A DNA stretch of 64,000 nt from Desulfatiglandales bacterium (GCA_963666345.1 OY762721.1:4000001-4064000); one strand, 5' to 3'. Positions 1-9,792 are shown, numbered from the stretch's first letter. Translations and numbers: made by a program. Notes: generated by a model from the sequence alone, not told the origin.

Positions 1-508
1 TTCCAGGGTAGTTTTGTTTCAACACCTGGTGCATTACATATCCTTCTTCTACAGATACTGTTTTTCCTTTCAAATCGTCTATTGAACACAGAAAATCAGC
101 ATCTGACCTGGTGAATATAACCCATGGAGCAAAAATATACTCATCAGTAAAAATCATATCTTTTTGGCGCTTTTCAGTGATTTTTGCGGTTGGAACCATG
201 TCCACAACTTCATGCCGTTTTATATATTCAAGTGCTTCTGGCCAGGTAACTTCAGTATCACTGATATACTTAATTTTAATTCCGTTAGCATCAAATATGT
301 GTGTCAAATAATCTATGGCAATTCCCTGGACTTTTCCATCGGTCAGCATAAATGGTGGCGAGTTACCTATCCGGACCCGGACAGTATGATTTTCTTTTAT
401 CCAAGCTTTCTCTTCAGTGCTCAAATCAATTATTGAATCACTTCCAGAACATGGCGAAGTGATAATTAGAAATATAATCCAAATGAGATAAAAGAGTGGA
501 ATACGCAT
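1..508 (-). CDS. Partial (runs off window) protein with signal peptide and family-3 solute-binding domain; BvgS-like sensor or ABC substrate-binding protein
   Basis: Not in the ORF track. Manual translation from ATG at 508: MRIPLFYLIWIIFLIITSPCSGSDSIIDLSTEEKAWIKENHTVRVRIGNSPPF...VQGIAIDYL...TWPEALEYIKRHEVVDMVP...IDDLKGKTVSVEEGY; open to the window edge. Confidence 0.8.
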   Translation of the reverse strand, partial: MRIPLFYLIWIIFLIITSPCSGSDSIIDLSTEEKAWIKENHTVRVRIGNSPPFMLTDGKVQGIAIDYLTHIFDANGIKIKYISDTEVTWPEALEYIKRHEVVDMVPTAKITEKRQKDMIFTDEYIFAPWVIFTRSDADFLCSIDDLKGKTVSVEEGYVMHQVLKQNYPG

Positions 509-722
509 TGTTTTACATTCCGACTGCTTTTAAGGATGGCATTATTCGGAGTGTTCCGTGAGGTGGCATGTCTTCTTGGTTATTGTTTATTCATTGGGTT
601 GAATTTACAACTACTTGCATAATCTTTGAATCTCACAAAATTCAGCATTAATGATGTCATCTTATAGCTAATAAATTCCAATATACCCTAAAATTAGGTT
701 TATGTTAAGTTGAAGATATTGT

Positions 723-1275
723 GGTTCTTCTCCAACTTAGTTGTCGAAGAGGGGCCAAGGAGTCAAGGATTCAAGGATTCTTTGCTTCGCTTACGCTTCG
801 CGCAGTCCCACCCTTCGGCCAGCTCAGGGCGGGTTCCCGGTTTCAAGGGTTTTCTTTCCAGGGATTTGATCATCGCTTTGGACATTGCCCCGACATCCCC
901 TGTTTTTCTTCTTAATTTTCAAAGCCTTACTCCTTTCAAATAACCCAGGTCAGCTGATGTCATATCCCGGGTTTCCAATTCACAGGCTGAACGATATGCA
1001 ATAAAGAAAAATCGCGCATACTCTATAGCCGTTTTTCTCCCATACCCTCAGGCGGTATCCCTTGACATGAAAACAGCGGATCTTCTGATTCAGGAGGTGA
1101 AACAGTATTGCCCATCTTTAAAAAAATGTTTAGCTCCTTTATACACATGCAAACGAGGTGTAAACAATTTTTGCCGAACGTTTAACTTCCTATGATCTTT
1201 AAACTTTCCACTCGAACCCGCGGCCCCTTGACCCCTCCAATCCTTCATTTAGACCAACTCTTTTGGAGATGATCC
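723..1275. mobile_element. Non-autonomous TIR element (553 bp) with 8-bp target duplication, carrying a four-helix-bundle pseudogene
   Basis: Ends GGTTCTTCTCCAACTTAGTTG / CAACTCTTTTGGAGATGATCC (16/21 inverted match); GATATTGT repeated at 715-722 and 1276-1283. Confidence 0.85.
840..1211 (-). pseudogene. Four-helix-bundle (23S rRNA IVS-protein-like) pseudogene
   Basis: Single frame with 3 stops: LKDHRKLNVRQK...FTS*IRRSAVFMSRDTA*GYGRKT...FFFIAYRSACELETR...DLGYL...AMIKSLERKPL; resembles the family motif QIRRAAVSxPSNIAEGYGR...GSxxELETQ. Confidence 0.8.
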
Positions 1276-1945
1276 GATATTGTTAATTATAAATAAGCTT
1301 TGGGGTTGGGATCAATTAACAATAGCGCAATATTACTACTGTACCATTTTTCTTCCACTGCTTTTTGACCAGACCCTCGTATAACCAATGTGTTACATGC
1401 AAAAAGTCAGGGTTTTACACATAATTCTGTGCGTGAATGCACATAAAATTGTGCAAGATTGAGGGGGGAGTGAAAGATGCGACAAAGGTTGGCACACGGT
1501 GACAACCCCAGTGGTAACCCCTAGGTGCTAGCCAATTTATAAGAATATTAAATAGATAGAAGACTTATATAAAAACTTACAGTTGTAACCGGAATTATTA
1601 AGCAAAAAACCAAAAAAACGCAATTTGAGGTTTATTGATAACGGTCCTTATTGAGTCGTGCATCAGATGCTTATCTTTGGCGTATTCAATTTTTGAAGTT
1701 GGTCGGGATTTTGTGGATAAAATAATTATCCTTGAGTGCCTGCCTAACAGGGCTGATGTTGATTGAAAAAAATGTTGTAATTGAATCAACGGCCTTTTCG
1801 GTGGCTCATAAATACCTCTTACATATTACAACTTTCACTTAGTCTGCTATCTTCAGGAGATACCTTCACTTCAAAAACAATAGTACTATCTGCGTTTACC
1901 TGACTCTAGCTAAAGATCGGTATCACTTCTGGTGGCAGACCATTG

Positions 1946-2377
1946 CTATTTATTGTCGCTGGTTCCTGCTTTTCTCAGGTAACTGCAAAGGGACAGTAAA
2001 ATATTTTTCTGCATGCCCGGGACCGTTTCAAGCAAATGGTCAAACGAATTTCTGTCCACAACCAATACAGTCATATCAGTTTCAGCTATAACGGATGCTG
2101 CTCGAGGCTTTCTATCGATAAGGGATATTTCTCCGAAAAATTCGCCTTCAGAAAGATAGTTTATGATTTTTCCGTCCTTCTCAACCCAGGCTTTACCCTC
2201 CACGATGAAGGTGAAGTCCGACCCTTTTGTTCCCTGACGTGCCAGGAGTTCTCCTTTTCGAATCGAAGTCTCAACCGCATGCTTAGCAATTTGATTCAGA
2301 TGATCTTTGTTGAGTTTACTGAAAAGAGGCACTTTTCTTAAAATATCAATATCCTGTGAACGATGTCTGAATAACAT
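1946..2377 (-). CDS. Cyclic nucleotide-binding domain protein
   Basis: LRKVPLFSKL, GEFFGEISLIDRKPRAASVIA cNMP-binding signature; no HTH domain. Confidence 0.9.
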   Translation of the reverse strand: MLFRHRSQDIDILRKVPLFSKLNKDHLNQIAKHAVETSIRKGELLARQGTKGSDFTFIVEGKAWVEKDGKIINYLSEGEFFGEISLIDRKPRAASVIAETDMTVLVVDRNSFDHLLETVPGMQKNILLSLCSYLRKAGTSDNK

Positions 2378-2532
2378 TCCGTCCCCTCCTTAATGAACTC
2401 ATTTTTTCCAAAGGTTACATCATCAGAACGATTATAAGGCCCCAACAGAACAGATACATTCCAGCGGGTGATAAAAAGGCACATTCAAAAACAAGGAAAT
2501 CGAAAGAATTTCGGCCTCATAAAAGTCAACAT

Positions 2533-4296
2533 TCACTTTTTATCCGGGCACTCATAAAACAACTGGTGAGGGCAGAGTCTTTTGCAGTAATCGTGAAAAA
2601 GCGACTGAAAGAGCACAGTAATCGCTTCCCCCCTTTTTTCAATAAAAAGGTTTGGCTCCAGTTCATCCATGAAACCCGAACTGACGAACACCTTTTTTAC
2701 GGGCGAATTCACCCCCATCAAGGCAAGACGAATACCGCGCGTCTTAAGTTCTTCATGCAGCGCCCTGAGTTCGACTACCCCAGTGACATCGATAAATCCC
2801 ACTGCCTGAAAATCCAGCAGCAGGAATTTAATCGGCGTTTTATATTCATCCAGGCGCTTCAGGATATTGTCCATCGTATATTCAGCATTGGCAAAATAGA
2901 TGGCGTTGTCGGGGCGCAATTGCAGCAACTGCGGGCAACTGGGCTTTTTCAAATCATCGGCATTGATGAACATATTGAACTCGGGGTCCTTTGAAACGCG
3001 CACAATACGGGGGCGCATCGTCTTCCACAGGAATAGCATCAGTGATATCATCACCCCTATAAGAAGTGCATAGTCGGGCTTGGTCAAAAGTGCCAGTACA
3101 AACACGGTGACCGCCACAATGCCATCATTGCGATTCATTTTCCATAGCGCAAAAACTTCTTTGGGGTGAAATAGAAGAAGCACTGCACTGATCACCAAGG
3201 CGGCCAGTGCCGCCCTCGGTATATATGTTAAAAGCGGGGTCAGAAACAGCAAGGTTACAATCACACTAAGGCTGGAGACAACGCTGGAGACACCCGTTTT
3301 CGCACCTGACGATAAATTGATAGCTGTCCGGGAAAATGATCCGCTCACTGGATAGCACTGGAAAAACGATCCGATAATATTCGCCATACCCTGACCGATA
3401 AATTCCTGGTCAACATCCACTTTTTGCTTGGTTTCAGATGATACGACCTTGCCCACGGAATATGTTTCCGCAAAGCTGACCAGCGCAATAACCACTGCAG
3501 GCCCCAACAGAGCACTAATGGTGTCGAAATTAAACAGGGGCAAATGGGGGCTTGGCAGGCCGCTGGCAGTCTTGCCGACAATGGCAATGCCGCTCTGATC
3601 CAACCTGAAAAGGAAAACCGCGCCGGTCGTAAAGATCAAGGAAACCAGAGCTGCCGGGAAATTGGGACGGGCTCTTTTTATACCGTAAATTATGCCAAAT
3701 GCGGCAAGACCAACCATGGAAGTCTGAATGTGCAGAGAAGACAGGCTTTTTATAATTTCAAACAACTGATGGAAAACGTATTCATGTCTCGACACGCTGA
3801 GGCCCAGAAGGTGCGGCAACTGCGTTGAGATGATAATCAGGGCTGCAGCCGCCGTAAACCCCCTCACCGCCGAGTGGGAGATAAAGGCCATGCCGATGCC
3901 CAAGCGAAATACCCCGATGATCATATAAATAACGCCGACCATAAAGGCCAGCAGGAAAGACAGTTCGACAAATTGCGGACCACCGGGTTCAGCCATGGGT
4001 GTCAGTGTAGTCAGAACTAGAAGGCTCATGATGGCTATGGGGCCAGTGGCAAGCTGTCGAAGGCTGCCCCAAAGGACTCCAATTAAAGGCGTGACTGCTG
4101 CTGCATAGAGGCCGTAAACAGGTGGCATTCCAGCCAGCATCGCATAAGCCATCGCCTGAGGGATTAGCACAACCGCTACCGTAATGCCTGCTATCAGGTC
4201 GCTTCTTAGAAAGGACATCTGGTATCCCTTCAGCCATTCCAGGAAAGGAAAAATACGATAAACCAACCTGAGATATTGATTTTCATTATATTTCAT
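2533..4296 (-). CDS. SulP family anion transporter with STAS domain
   Basis: DLIAGITVAVVLIPQAMAYAMLAGMPPVYGLY, GSFSRTAIN, STAS motif (IYFANAE...LLLDFQAVGFIDVTG); start taken at ATG 4296. Confidence 0.93.
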   Translation of the reverse strand: MKYNENQYLRLVYRIFPFLEWLKGYQMSFLRSDLIAGITVAVVLIPQAMAYAMLAGMPPVYGLYAAAVTPLIGVLWGSLRQLATGPIAIMSLLVLTTLTPMAEPGGPQFVELSFLLAFMVGVIYMIIGVFRLGIGMAFISHSAVRGFTAAAALIIISTQLPHLLGLSVSRHEYVFHQLFEIIKSLSSLHIQTSMVGLAAFGIIYGIKRARPNFPAALVSLIFTTGAVFLFRLDQSGIAIVGKTASGLPSPHLPLFNFDTISALLGPAVVIALVSFAETYSVGKVVSSETKQKVDVDQEFIGQGMANIIGSFFQCYPVSGSFSRTAINLSSGAKTGVSSVVSSLSVIVTLLFLTPLLTYIPRAALAALVISAVLLLFHPKEVFALWKMNRNDGIVAVTVFVLALLTKPDYALLIGVMISLMLFLWKTMRPRIVRVSKDPEFNMFINADDLKKPSCPQLLQLRPDNAIYFANAEYTMDNILKRLDEYKTPIKFLLLDFQAVGFIDVTGVVELRALHEELKTRGIRLALMGVNSPVKKVFVSSGFMDELEPNLFIEKRGEAITVLFQSLFHDYCKRLCPHQLFYECPDKK

Positions 4297-4857
4297 GGCT
4301 TTTATCCCTCTTGCAAATATTCTTTTTGGTGCAAAATAAATTTTATGGATAATTTTATATTGCAAATGAACAATAGCCGTATTTGTTTGCGTAAAATATC
4401 ATCATTATGGGCATATCATATTGTCTTCCAGGTCTATACGGCCTGCTGACCAATCTTGCCCATATGTAATCTAGCACAAAATAAGCTCCTCTCGACAGCA
4501 TAAAAGCCGCAAAATGCCATAGAACAGACTATATTATTGATAAGGTAGGCGGTTTTCTGATATTTGCCATGTGCCCAAAAAGCATCAATGCCTTTTGTGG
4601 TCAACTGATCATATCACAGATATTCACAGACGTTATATTCCCCGCATTTAACAGCTTTTTCCTTTTCTTATGAGAGCACTTTCATATCACAGAGTTGGCT
4701 ATGGCTGTAATATGCGGCAGTTACCCCATTTTCCCGTCAATGGGCACAAAATAAGGTCGTTCCTCTTGTGATTACATTCGGTATTGTTGTGAAGTAAAGT
4801 GGTTTAATAATAACGGACACCATGCTAAGAACAATTATAGAGAAAGCGAGGTGTTCA

Positions 4858-5160
4858 ATGAACGAGAAACGAAAGCGCCCGAATTACACAAAAGAGTTCA
4901 AGCAAGATGCTGTGGGGCTTGTCATTGACCAGGGTTACAGCGGCCCCGAAGCTGCCAGACGTCTTGGTATCCCCATTTCTAACGTTACTCGCTGGGTGCG
5001 GCAATACCGCCAAGACCAGCAGAATCTTACTGAGGGTGGTATCACCCGCAAGGAGCTGGAAGCCGAAAACCGTCGGCTCAAGAAGGAAAACAAGCGGCTT
5101 GAGATGGAGCGAGAGATATTAAAAAAAGCCGCGGCCTTCTTTGCGAAAGAGTCGAGCTGA
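4858..5160 (+). CDS. IS3 transposase OrfA (HTH)
   Basis: YTKEFKQDAV...ARRLGI...RWVRQY...LEMEREILKKAAAFFAKE. Confidence 0.9.
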   Translation: MNEKRKRPNYTKEFKQDAVGLVIDQGYSGPEAARRLGIPISNVTRWVRQYRQDQQNLTEGGITRKELEAENRRLKKENKRLEMEREILKKAAAFFAKESS

Positions 5161-6023
5161 GGTGCGACTTTATCCGGCAAGAGAAGAAGGCCTATCCCGT
5201 CACTGTTTTATGCAAGGTGATGGAAGTCAGCCGGAGCCGCTTTTATGATTATCTCCATAGCATAAGAAGATCTGAAGATACTGATGAGACGGCATTAAAG
5301 GCCAGGATTGGGGCCATTTTCAAAGAACATCGCAGCAGATAAGGTTCCCGTCGCGTTACCGGACAGTTACAGGATGAAGGCCATCAGATTGGCCGATATA
5401 AGACGCGACGTTTAATGCGAGAACTTAACCTGAAGGCCAAAGCCCGGAAACGATATAAGCTCACGACAGATAGCCGGCACTCGTTTCCAGTAGCTGTCAA
5501 CCTTTTGGACCGTGAATTTAACGTAGATAAACCGAATAAATGCTGGACCGCGGACATTACCTATATCTGGACCTATGAAGGCTGGCTGTACCTGGCCGTG
5601 GTACTTGATCTTTGTTCCCGCCAGGTGGTTGGCTGGGCCATGAACAAGCGGATGGAAAAACAACTGTGCCTGGATGCCCTGGCAATGGCATATTGGCGCA
5701 GAAAACCTCCATCGGGGCTGCTTCATCATTCGGATCGAGGAAGCCAGTATGCATGCCATGATTACCGAAAACGTATAGAACACTATGGCATGGTAGCCAG
5801 TATGAGCCGGAAAGGCAACTGCTGGGATAATGCACCGATCGAAAGGTTTTTCCGAAGCCTGAAATCAGAACGATTATCAGATTACAGGTTCGTTACGAGG
5901 CATTCGGCACGGATGCAAGTGCTTGATTACATCAGCTACTACAATTCCATTCGGCTGCATTCAACGCTGGGGTCTAAGACTCCGTTCGCATATGAGAAAG
6001 AACTGTGCCGCGTGGCGGCTTAA
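5124..6023 (+). pseudogene. IS3 transposase OrfB (DDE) with premature stop
   Basis: The -1 frame reads ...IFKEHRSR*GSRR (TAA at 5340-5342 replaces the Tyr of the YG motif), then WTADITY, HHSDRGSQY, CWDNAPIERFF. Confidence 0.88.
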
Positions 6024-6079
6024 TAAAAAATGTCCGTTTTTACTGGACCACCACACTCTGGCTTTTAGCCTTTGAAATC

Positions 6080-6895
6080 CTATCTCTTCTTCACTGGCCT
6101 TTTCGTTATTTCCCTATAGAGCAGAGGACGCCTGTTTTTAAAAATAGGCTCTTCTCTTCTCCACCTTTCAACCTCTTCTAAATCAATATCTACTCTTAAA
6201 ATCTCCTCTTTCTTTCCGGCTGATATTATCCTTTCCCCACGTGGATTAAAGATGGCACTGTTGCCTGAAAAAGCCTTACCTGCCCGGTTTGCATAAATTA
6301 CGAAAACCTGATTATTTATGGCTGCCCCTGCCATTCTAAGCCACATATATTCGATAGGAAATTGACCTGGTACAGCAGAAATGTTGACAATAACTTTTGG
6401 CCCTTGCAAATATAGCACCCTCCATACCTCTGGAAAAGCGGCATCAAAGCAGATATTTATGCCTATTTTTCCCCAGGAAGATTTAAAGACCCTCAACCTA
6501 CGGCCAGGAACAAAATTTTCCGTCCAATGGACATGGCACTTTGTATAACTCTGTATTTTAGAACCTTCGATGTAGGTCGCAAGATTATAATACTTATCCG
6601 CTCTGCGCTTTAGTTCCCCTATAATAACCTTGGCACCCTTCTGCCTTATAAAGGCATAAATATTTTGAGAAATGGAACTGTAGATGACCTTCATCTTCCT
6701 ATAAAGAAAGCCTTCCGGTTTTTCAAAGGAAGGGTGTCCGTGAAGTATCAACTCTGGAAAAACTATCAAATCATAGTTTTTATGATCGTCGATAATTCCT
6801 TTTATCCTTTGGACATGATCTTCGATATTGGAGGAATTATAGTTTATCTGGGCGACACATATTCTCTTTATTCGTTTACGCCTGGAATGTTTCAT
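6080..6895 (-). CDS. Carbon-nitrogen hydrolase (nitrilase superfamily)
   Basis: E-K-C triad: VFPEL, YTKCH, INICFDAAFPE; YANRAG...FSGNSAIFNPRG. Confidence 0.92.
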   Translation of the reverse strand: MKHSRRKRIKRICVAQINYNSSNIEDHVQRIKGIIDDHKNYDLIVFPELILHGHPSFEKPEGFLYRKMKVIYSSISQNIYAFIRQKGAKVIIGELKRRADKYYNLATYIEGSKIQSYTKCHVHWTENFVPGRRLRVFKSSWGKIGINICFDAAFPEVWRVLYLQGPKVIVNISAVPGQFPIEYMWLRMAGAAINNQVFVIYANRAGKAFSGNSAIFNPRGERIISAGKKEEILRVDIDLEEVERWRREEPIFKNRRPLLYREITKRPVKKR

Positions 6896-7038
6896 TTTCT
6901 GAAAAGCTTTTTTTGATTGATGTATGCCCCATTACGAAACAATTATAAAAAACTGGATCAGGAATCCCAGTTAGAAAATCTTATATTTAGCAGAACATAG
7001 ATTAGGTTGGGATAAATCCTTCAGCAAGCGTGATGAAT

Positions 7039-8667
7039 CTAGCCAGTTACGAGATAGGAGGGAATAAAGCTATTTTTTATCTCCTTCTCTAAACTCTGTA
7101 GATAGGAGCGTGGTTCCTCTTCCCCGTAATCCCCAAGACCGTAACGGTAAAGACTTCCCTTGTCCCTCTTTATATTTTCATTCACCAGATTAGAGTCTAT
7201 CTCCTCTTTTTTGGATTGGGCAATTTCTGCAATCATCTGATGAATCCCTGAGCCTGACTGGGCGGGGTCTTTTTTTCGAAATGCAAGATACGCAGGGACT
7301 CCAAGCTCGACCGAAGCTTGACGGTGTACACGCTTCCTTAATTTATCACCTGGCCCTTCAATCTTTAAGCGCGGGGAAATCTTCATGGCAGTTTGAACAA
7401 CCTCTATGTCAAGATATGGAGCCCTCAACTCGATAGAGTGGGCCATTGTAAGCTTATCTTCTCTTTCCAAGGTATCAGTATATAAATAGTTTAGGTCCTC
7501 CCAGAGTTTATCATGAAGACGCAGATAGCCGGATTCTTCAAGGACATCGTTATACCAAGGGTATCCGGCAAAAAGTTCATCAGCCGCTTGGCCTGTGAAC
7601 ATAACTCGCAGACCATCCTTTGCAGCTAGCTTGGCAGCAAGGTACATTGGGATGGCTACTTCTACCTGTAACAGGCCACTTTCTTCGACATCTCTTATTA
7701 CCTCTGGCAGAAGGTTATCAACCATTTTCTTGTCAATCACAGTGATTTTTAATTCCAAACCTAATTCCTTTGCTACGGATCGTGATGCCTTGACATCACC
7801 TGAATCGGAAGTGCCGGTGCAGTAGCAAATTACGTCTTTCCCCTCTCTCTGCAGAAGTTTGGTTACTAATACCGAATCAATACCACCTGAGAAAATAACT
7901 CCAATGCTAGGCTCGGTCAGGCCTGTAAGCCTCTTTCTGACGGATTGAATAAGAACTTCCTTGTAAAGCTCAACAGCTTCCCTGAAATCAATGATATCAA
8001 TCTGGGGTAACTGGATATGAAATCCATCGCAGATATTTACTCCTTTATCGTCTATGCTGAGAAGTTCGCCAGGTCGCACCCGTTTGGGTTCGTCTTTGCC
8101 GTTCCATAAGGCCTTTTTTTCAGAAGCGAAATATATGGTTTTTTCATTTTCAATGAAATATAAAGGCTTTTTGCCTATCGGGTCCCGTGCAACCACAATG
8201 GATTTTCCATCCGTAGCTGCAATTGTGTACATGCCATCTAGTAATCTTATTACTTTCTTCATTGCATCTAGAAGATCGCCTCTGTAGGTCTCTTCTAGAA
8301 GATGTACTATCACCTCGCTGTCACTGGTACTTTTAAAATCATGGTGCTTAAGCAAAAGAGATTTTAGTTTTTTGTAATTATAAATTTCACCGTTATGAAT
8401 GATGGTTAATGTTCCGTCACAGGATGTGTATGGCTGACCTGCTCTACCGTCCCCTATTATCTTTAATCTTGAATGACCCATTGCAATCTTGGTCTTCTTT
8501 CCGACAAGCCCCTTAACCTCCTCAAGTTCCATCACTTTGAAAGTTACTCCATCAAGGTAAACCCCATGTCCATCAGGCCCTCTATGGGCCATCTTCTTTA
8601 GCATATCAAATATATCGTTTGAGACTATTTTATCTTTCATGTCAAAATGACCGCATATAGTACACAT
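7039..8667 (-). CDS. Asparagine synthetase-like glutamine amidotransferase (AsnB family)
   Basis: N-terminal Cys2 (MCTICG), HRGPD, HNGEIYN, SDSEVI, RDPIGKKPLY, FSGGIDS, TGQAADELFAGY, ELRAPYLD. Confidence 0.92.
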   Translation of the reverse strand: MCTICGHFDMKDKIVSNDIFDMLKKMAHRGPDGHGVYLDGVTFKVMELEEVKGLVGKKTKIAMGHSRLKIIGDGRAGQPYTSCDGTLTIIHNGEIYNYKKLKSLLLKHHDFKSTSDSEVIVHLLEETYRGDLLDAMKKVIRLLDGMYTIAATDGKSIVVARDPIGKKPLYFIENEKTIYFASEKKALWNGKDEPKRVRPGELLSIDDKGVNICDGFHIQLPQIDIIDFREAVELYKEVLIQSVRKRLTGLTEPSIGVIFSGGIDSVLVTKLLQREGKDVICYCTGTSDSGDVKASRSVAKELGLELKITVIDKKMVDNLLPEVIRDVEESGLLQVEVAIPMYLAAKLAAKDGLRVMFTGQAADELFAGYPWYNDVLEESGYLRLHDKLWEDLNYLYTDTLEREDKLTMAHSIELRAPYLDIEVVQTAMKISPRLKIEGPGDKLRKRVHRQASVELGVPAYLAFRKKDPAQSGSGIHQMIAEIAQSKKEEIDSNLVNENIKRDKGSLYRYGLGDYGEEEPRSYLQSLEKEIKNSFIPSYLVTG

Positions 8668-8826
8668 TGATTATCTTCTCCTTACTGTGTATTCCGTTAT
8701 TTGCTTTTTTAAAAAATTATCCACAAAAGCAAGAGTTGTTTTCCTTTTCACTCAACAATTTTAGAATTTACTTTATTATTCATTATGTCGGTTCGATCAG
8801 CCCTGGACGATCTCATGTTTCCTTTA

Positions 8827-9075
8827 TTATTTCTTGTTGTTGAAACTTGGGTTTTGACCTTTTTGTTGTTTTTTGATTATTGTTTTTACTTTCTGTTCTA
8901 GGCATTTAAGCGAAATAGCAATTAGCTCATCTTCGTCACGGTTTTTCAGTCCAGCCTTTAAAAATTTCAACCTTTCAGCCGATTCTTTGTCAAGTTCCAC
9001 CATAATCGTTACACTCTCGTCTTTTTCTTTGAGTTTGATAGTTTTTTTGAGAATTTTCTTTACCTTAGTAATCAA
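8827..9075 (-). CDS. Small basic hypothetical protein (possibly ribbon-helix-helix-like)
   Basis: GGAGG SD before TTG; 82 aa; beta-strand-then-helices pattern (VTIMVELDKESAERLKFLK...DELIAISLKCL). Confidence 0.5.
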   Translation of the reverse strand: MITKVKKILKKTIKLKEKDESVTIMVELDKESAERLKFLKAGLKNRDEDELIAISLKCLEQKVKTIIKKQQKGQNPSFNNKK

Positions 9076-9617
9076 AGCAGCCTCCTGGCATTTTCAGGAC
9101 TTAAAAAAAGGCCCATCAGCCGATATTTATCCGCTTGAGGACCTTAATGTTTTTTCTTTTCCAAGCAGTTACCTTAAGGGAAACGATATTTTAAGCCAAA
9201 GACTTAAAAAAATAGCCGAAGATATCTCGTGATTTGGACTGAAATCTTTCTAGTAGAAATATTATCAGCTGCGATTTATATTGTCAAGCGTCGATCTTGC
9301 CTATAGTAGCGCTTTCATATCAAAGCAGTGCTTGGGATTATTGGCAATGTGTGAATAGGCATTCAAATTTGACCCACTTGGGGAGGCAATCGGGACACAA
9401 CAATGACCAGTCCAAGGCGCTGCAAAGCTTGTGTGGCAAAGGGTTTCTGGTCCAGAGAGGTGGGATTGCCTGAGTTCCGATACCGGGTCAAATTTGGAGG
9501 CCGATCCACATTTTTGCGCTCTGCGATCTGGAGACCCTTCTGGCCATATTTTGTCGCAGATTCTATTTCAACGGACAAAAACTCTCACACAAATTCTCAC
9601 ACAGCAGGTTTTTAGAC

Positions 9618-9653
9618 AAAAAAAGAGGGTTAAGCACGATAACTTAACCCTCT
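9618..9653 (-). terminator. Intrinsic terminator after tRNA-Phe
   Basis: 11-bp stem AGAGGGTTAAG/CTTAACCCTCT, 8-nt loop, U-tract on the minus strand. Confidence 0.8.
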
Positions 9654-9672
9654 AAAAAAACGGTATTTTTTA

Positions 9673-9748
9673 TGGTGCCGAGACGCAGAATTGAACTGCG
9701 GACACGGGGATTTTCAGTCCCCTGCTCTACCGTCTGAGCTATCTCGGC
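9673..9748 (-). tRNA. tRNA-Phe (GAA)
   Basis: GCCGAGATAGCTCAGACGGTAGAGCAGGGGACTGAAAATCCCCGTGTCCGCAGTTCAATTCTGCGTCTCGGCACCA: 76-nt cloverleaf, anticodon GAA, encoded CCA. Confidence 0.98.
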
Positions 9749-9763
9749 ACGAGATAAAGGGGC

Positions 9764-9792
9764 ATTATAGATATGGTTTTTTAATGGGTCAA
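9764..9792 (-). promoter_or_regulatory. Sigma70 promoter of tRNA-Phe
   Basis: TTGACC-17 bp-TATAAT, 15 bp upstream of the tRNA. Confidence 0.8.

Larger units (their letters stand above)
4795..6055 (+). mobile_element. IS3-family insertion sequence (inactivated)
   Basis: Imperfect 25-bp IRs TAAAGTGGTTTAATAATAACGGACA / TGTCCGTTTTTACTGGACCACCACA; orfA plus orfB with A7G slippery site at 5121-5128; no target duplication visible. Confidence 0.92.

Noticed and set aside
757..830. Short repeats as a possible CRISPR array
   Set aside because: 8-mer tandem units and a REP-like CCCTTCGGCCAGCTCAGGGC with no unique spacers and no cas genes
710..943. ORFs 710..943, 721..915, 12973..13179, 13058..13405 and 19907..20158
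   Set aside because: Chance frames across the TIR elements; their mutual similarity reflects the repeat, not a protein family
1489..1505. TTGGCAC as a sigma54 promoter
   Set aside because: No TTGC at the -12 position and no plus-strand gene downstream
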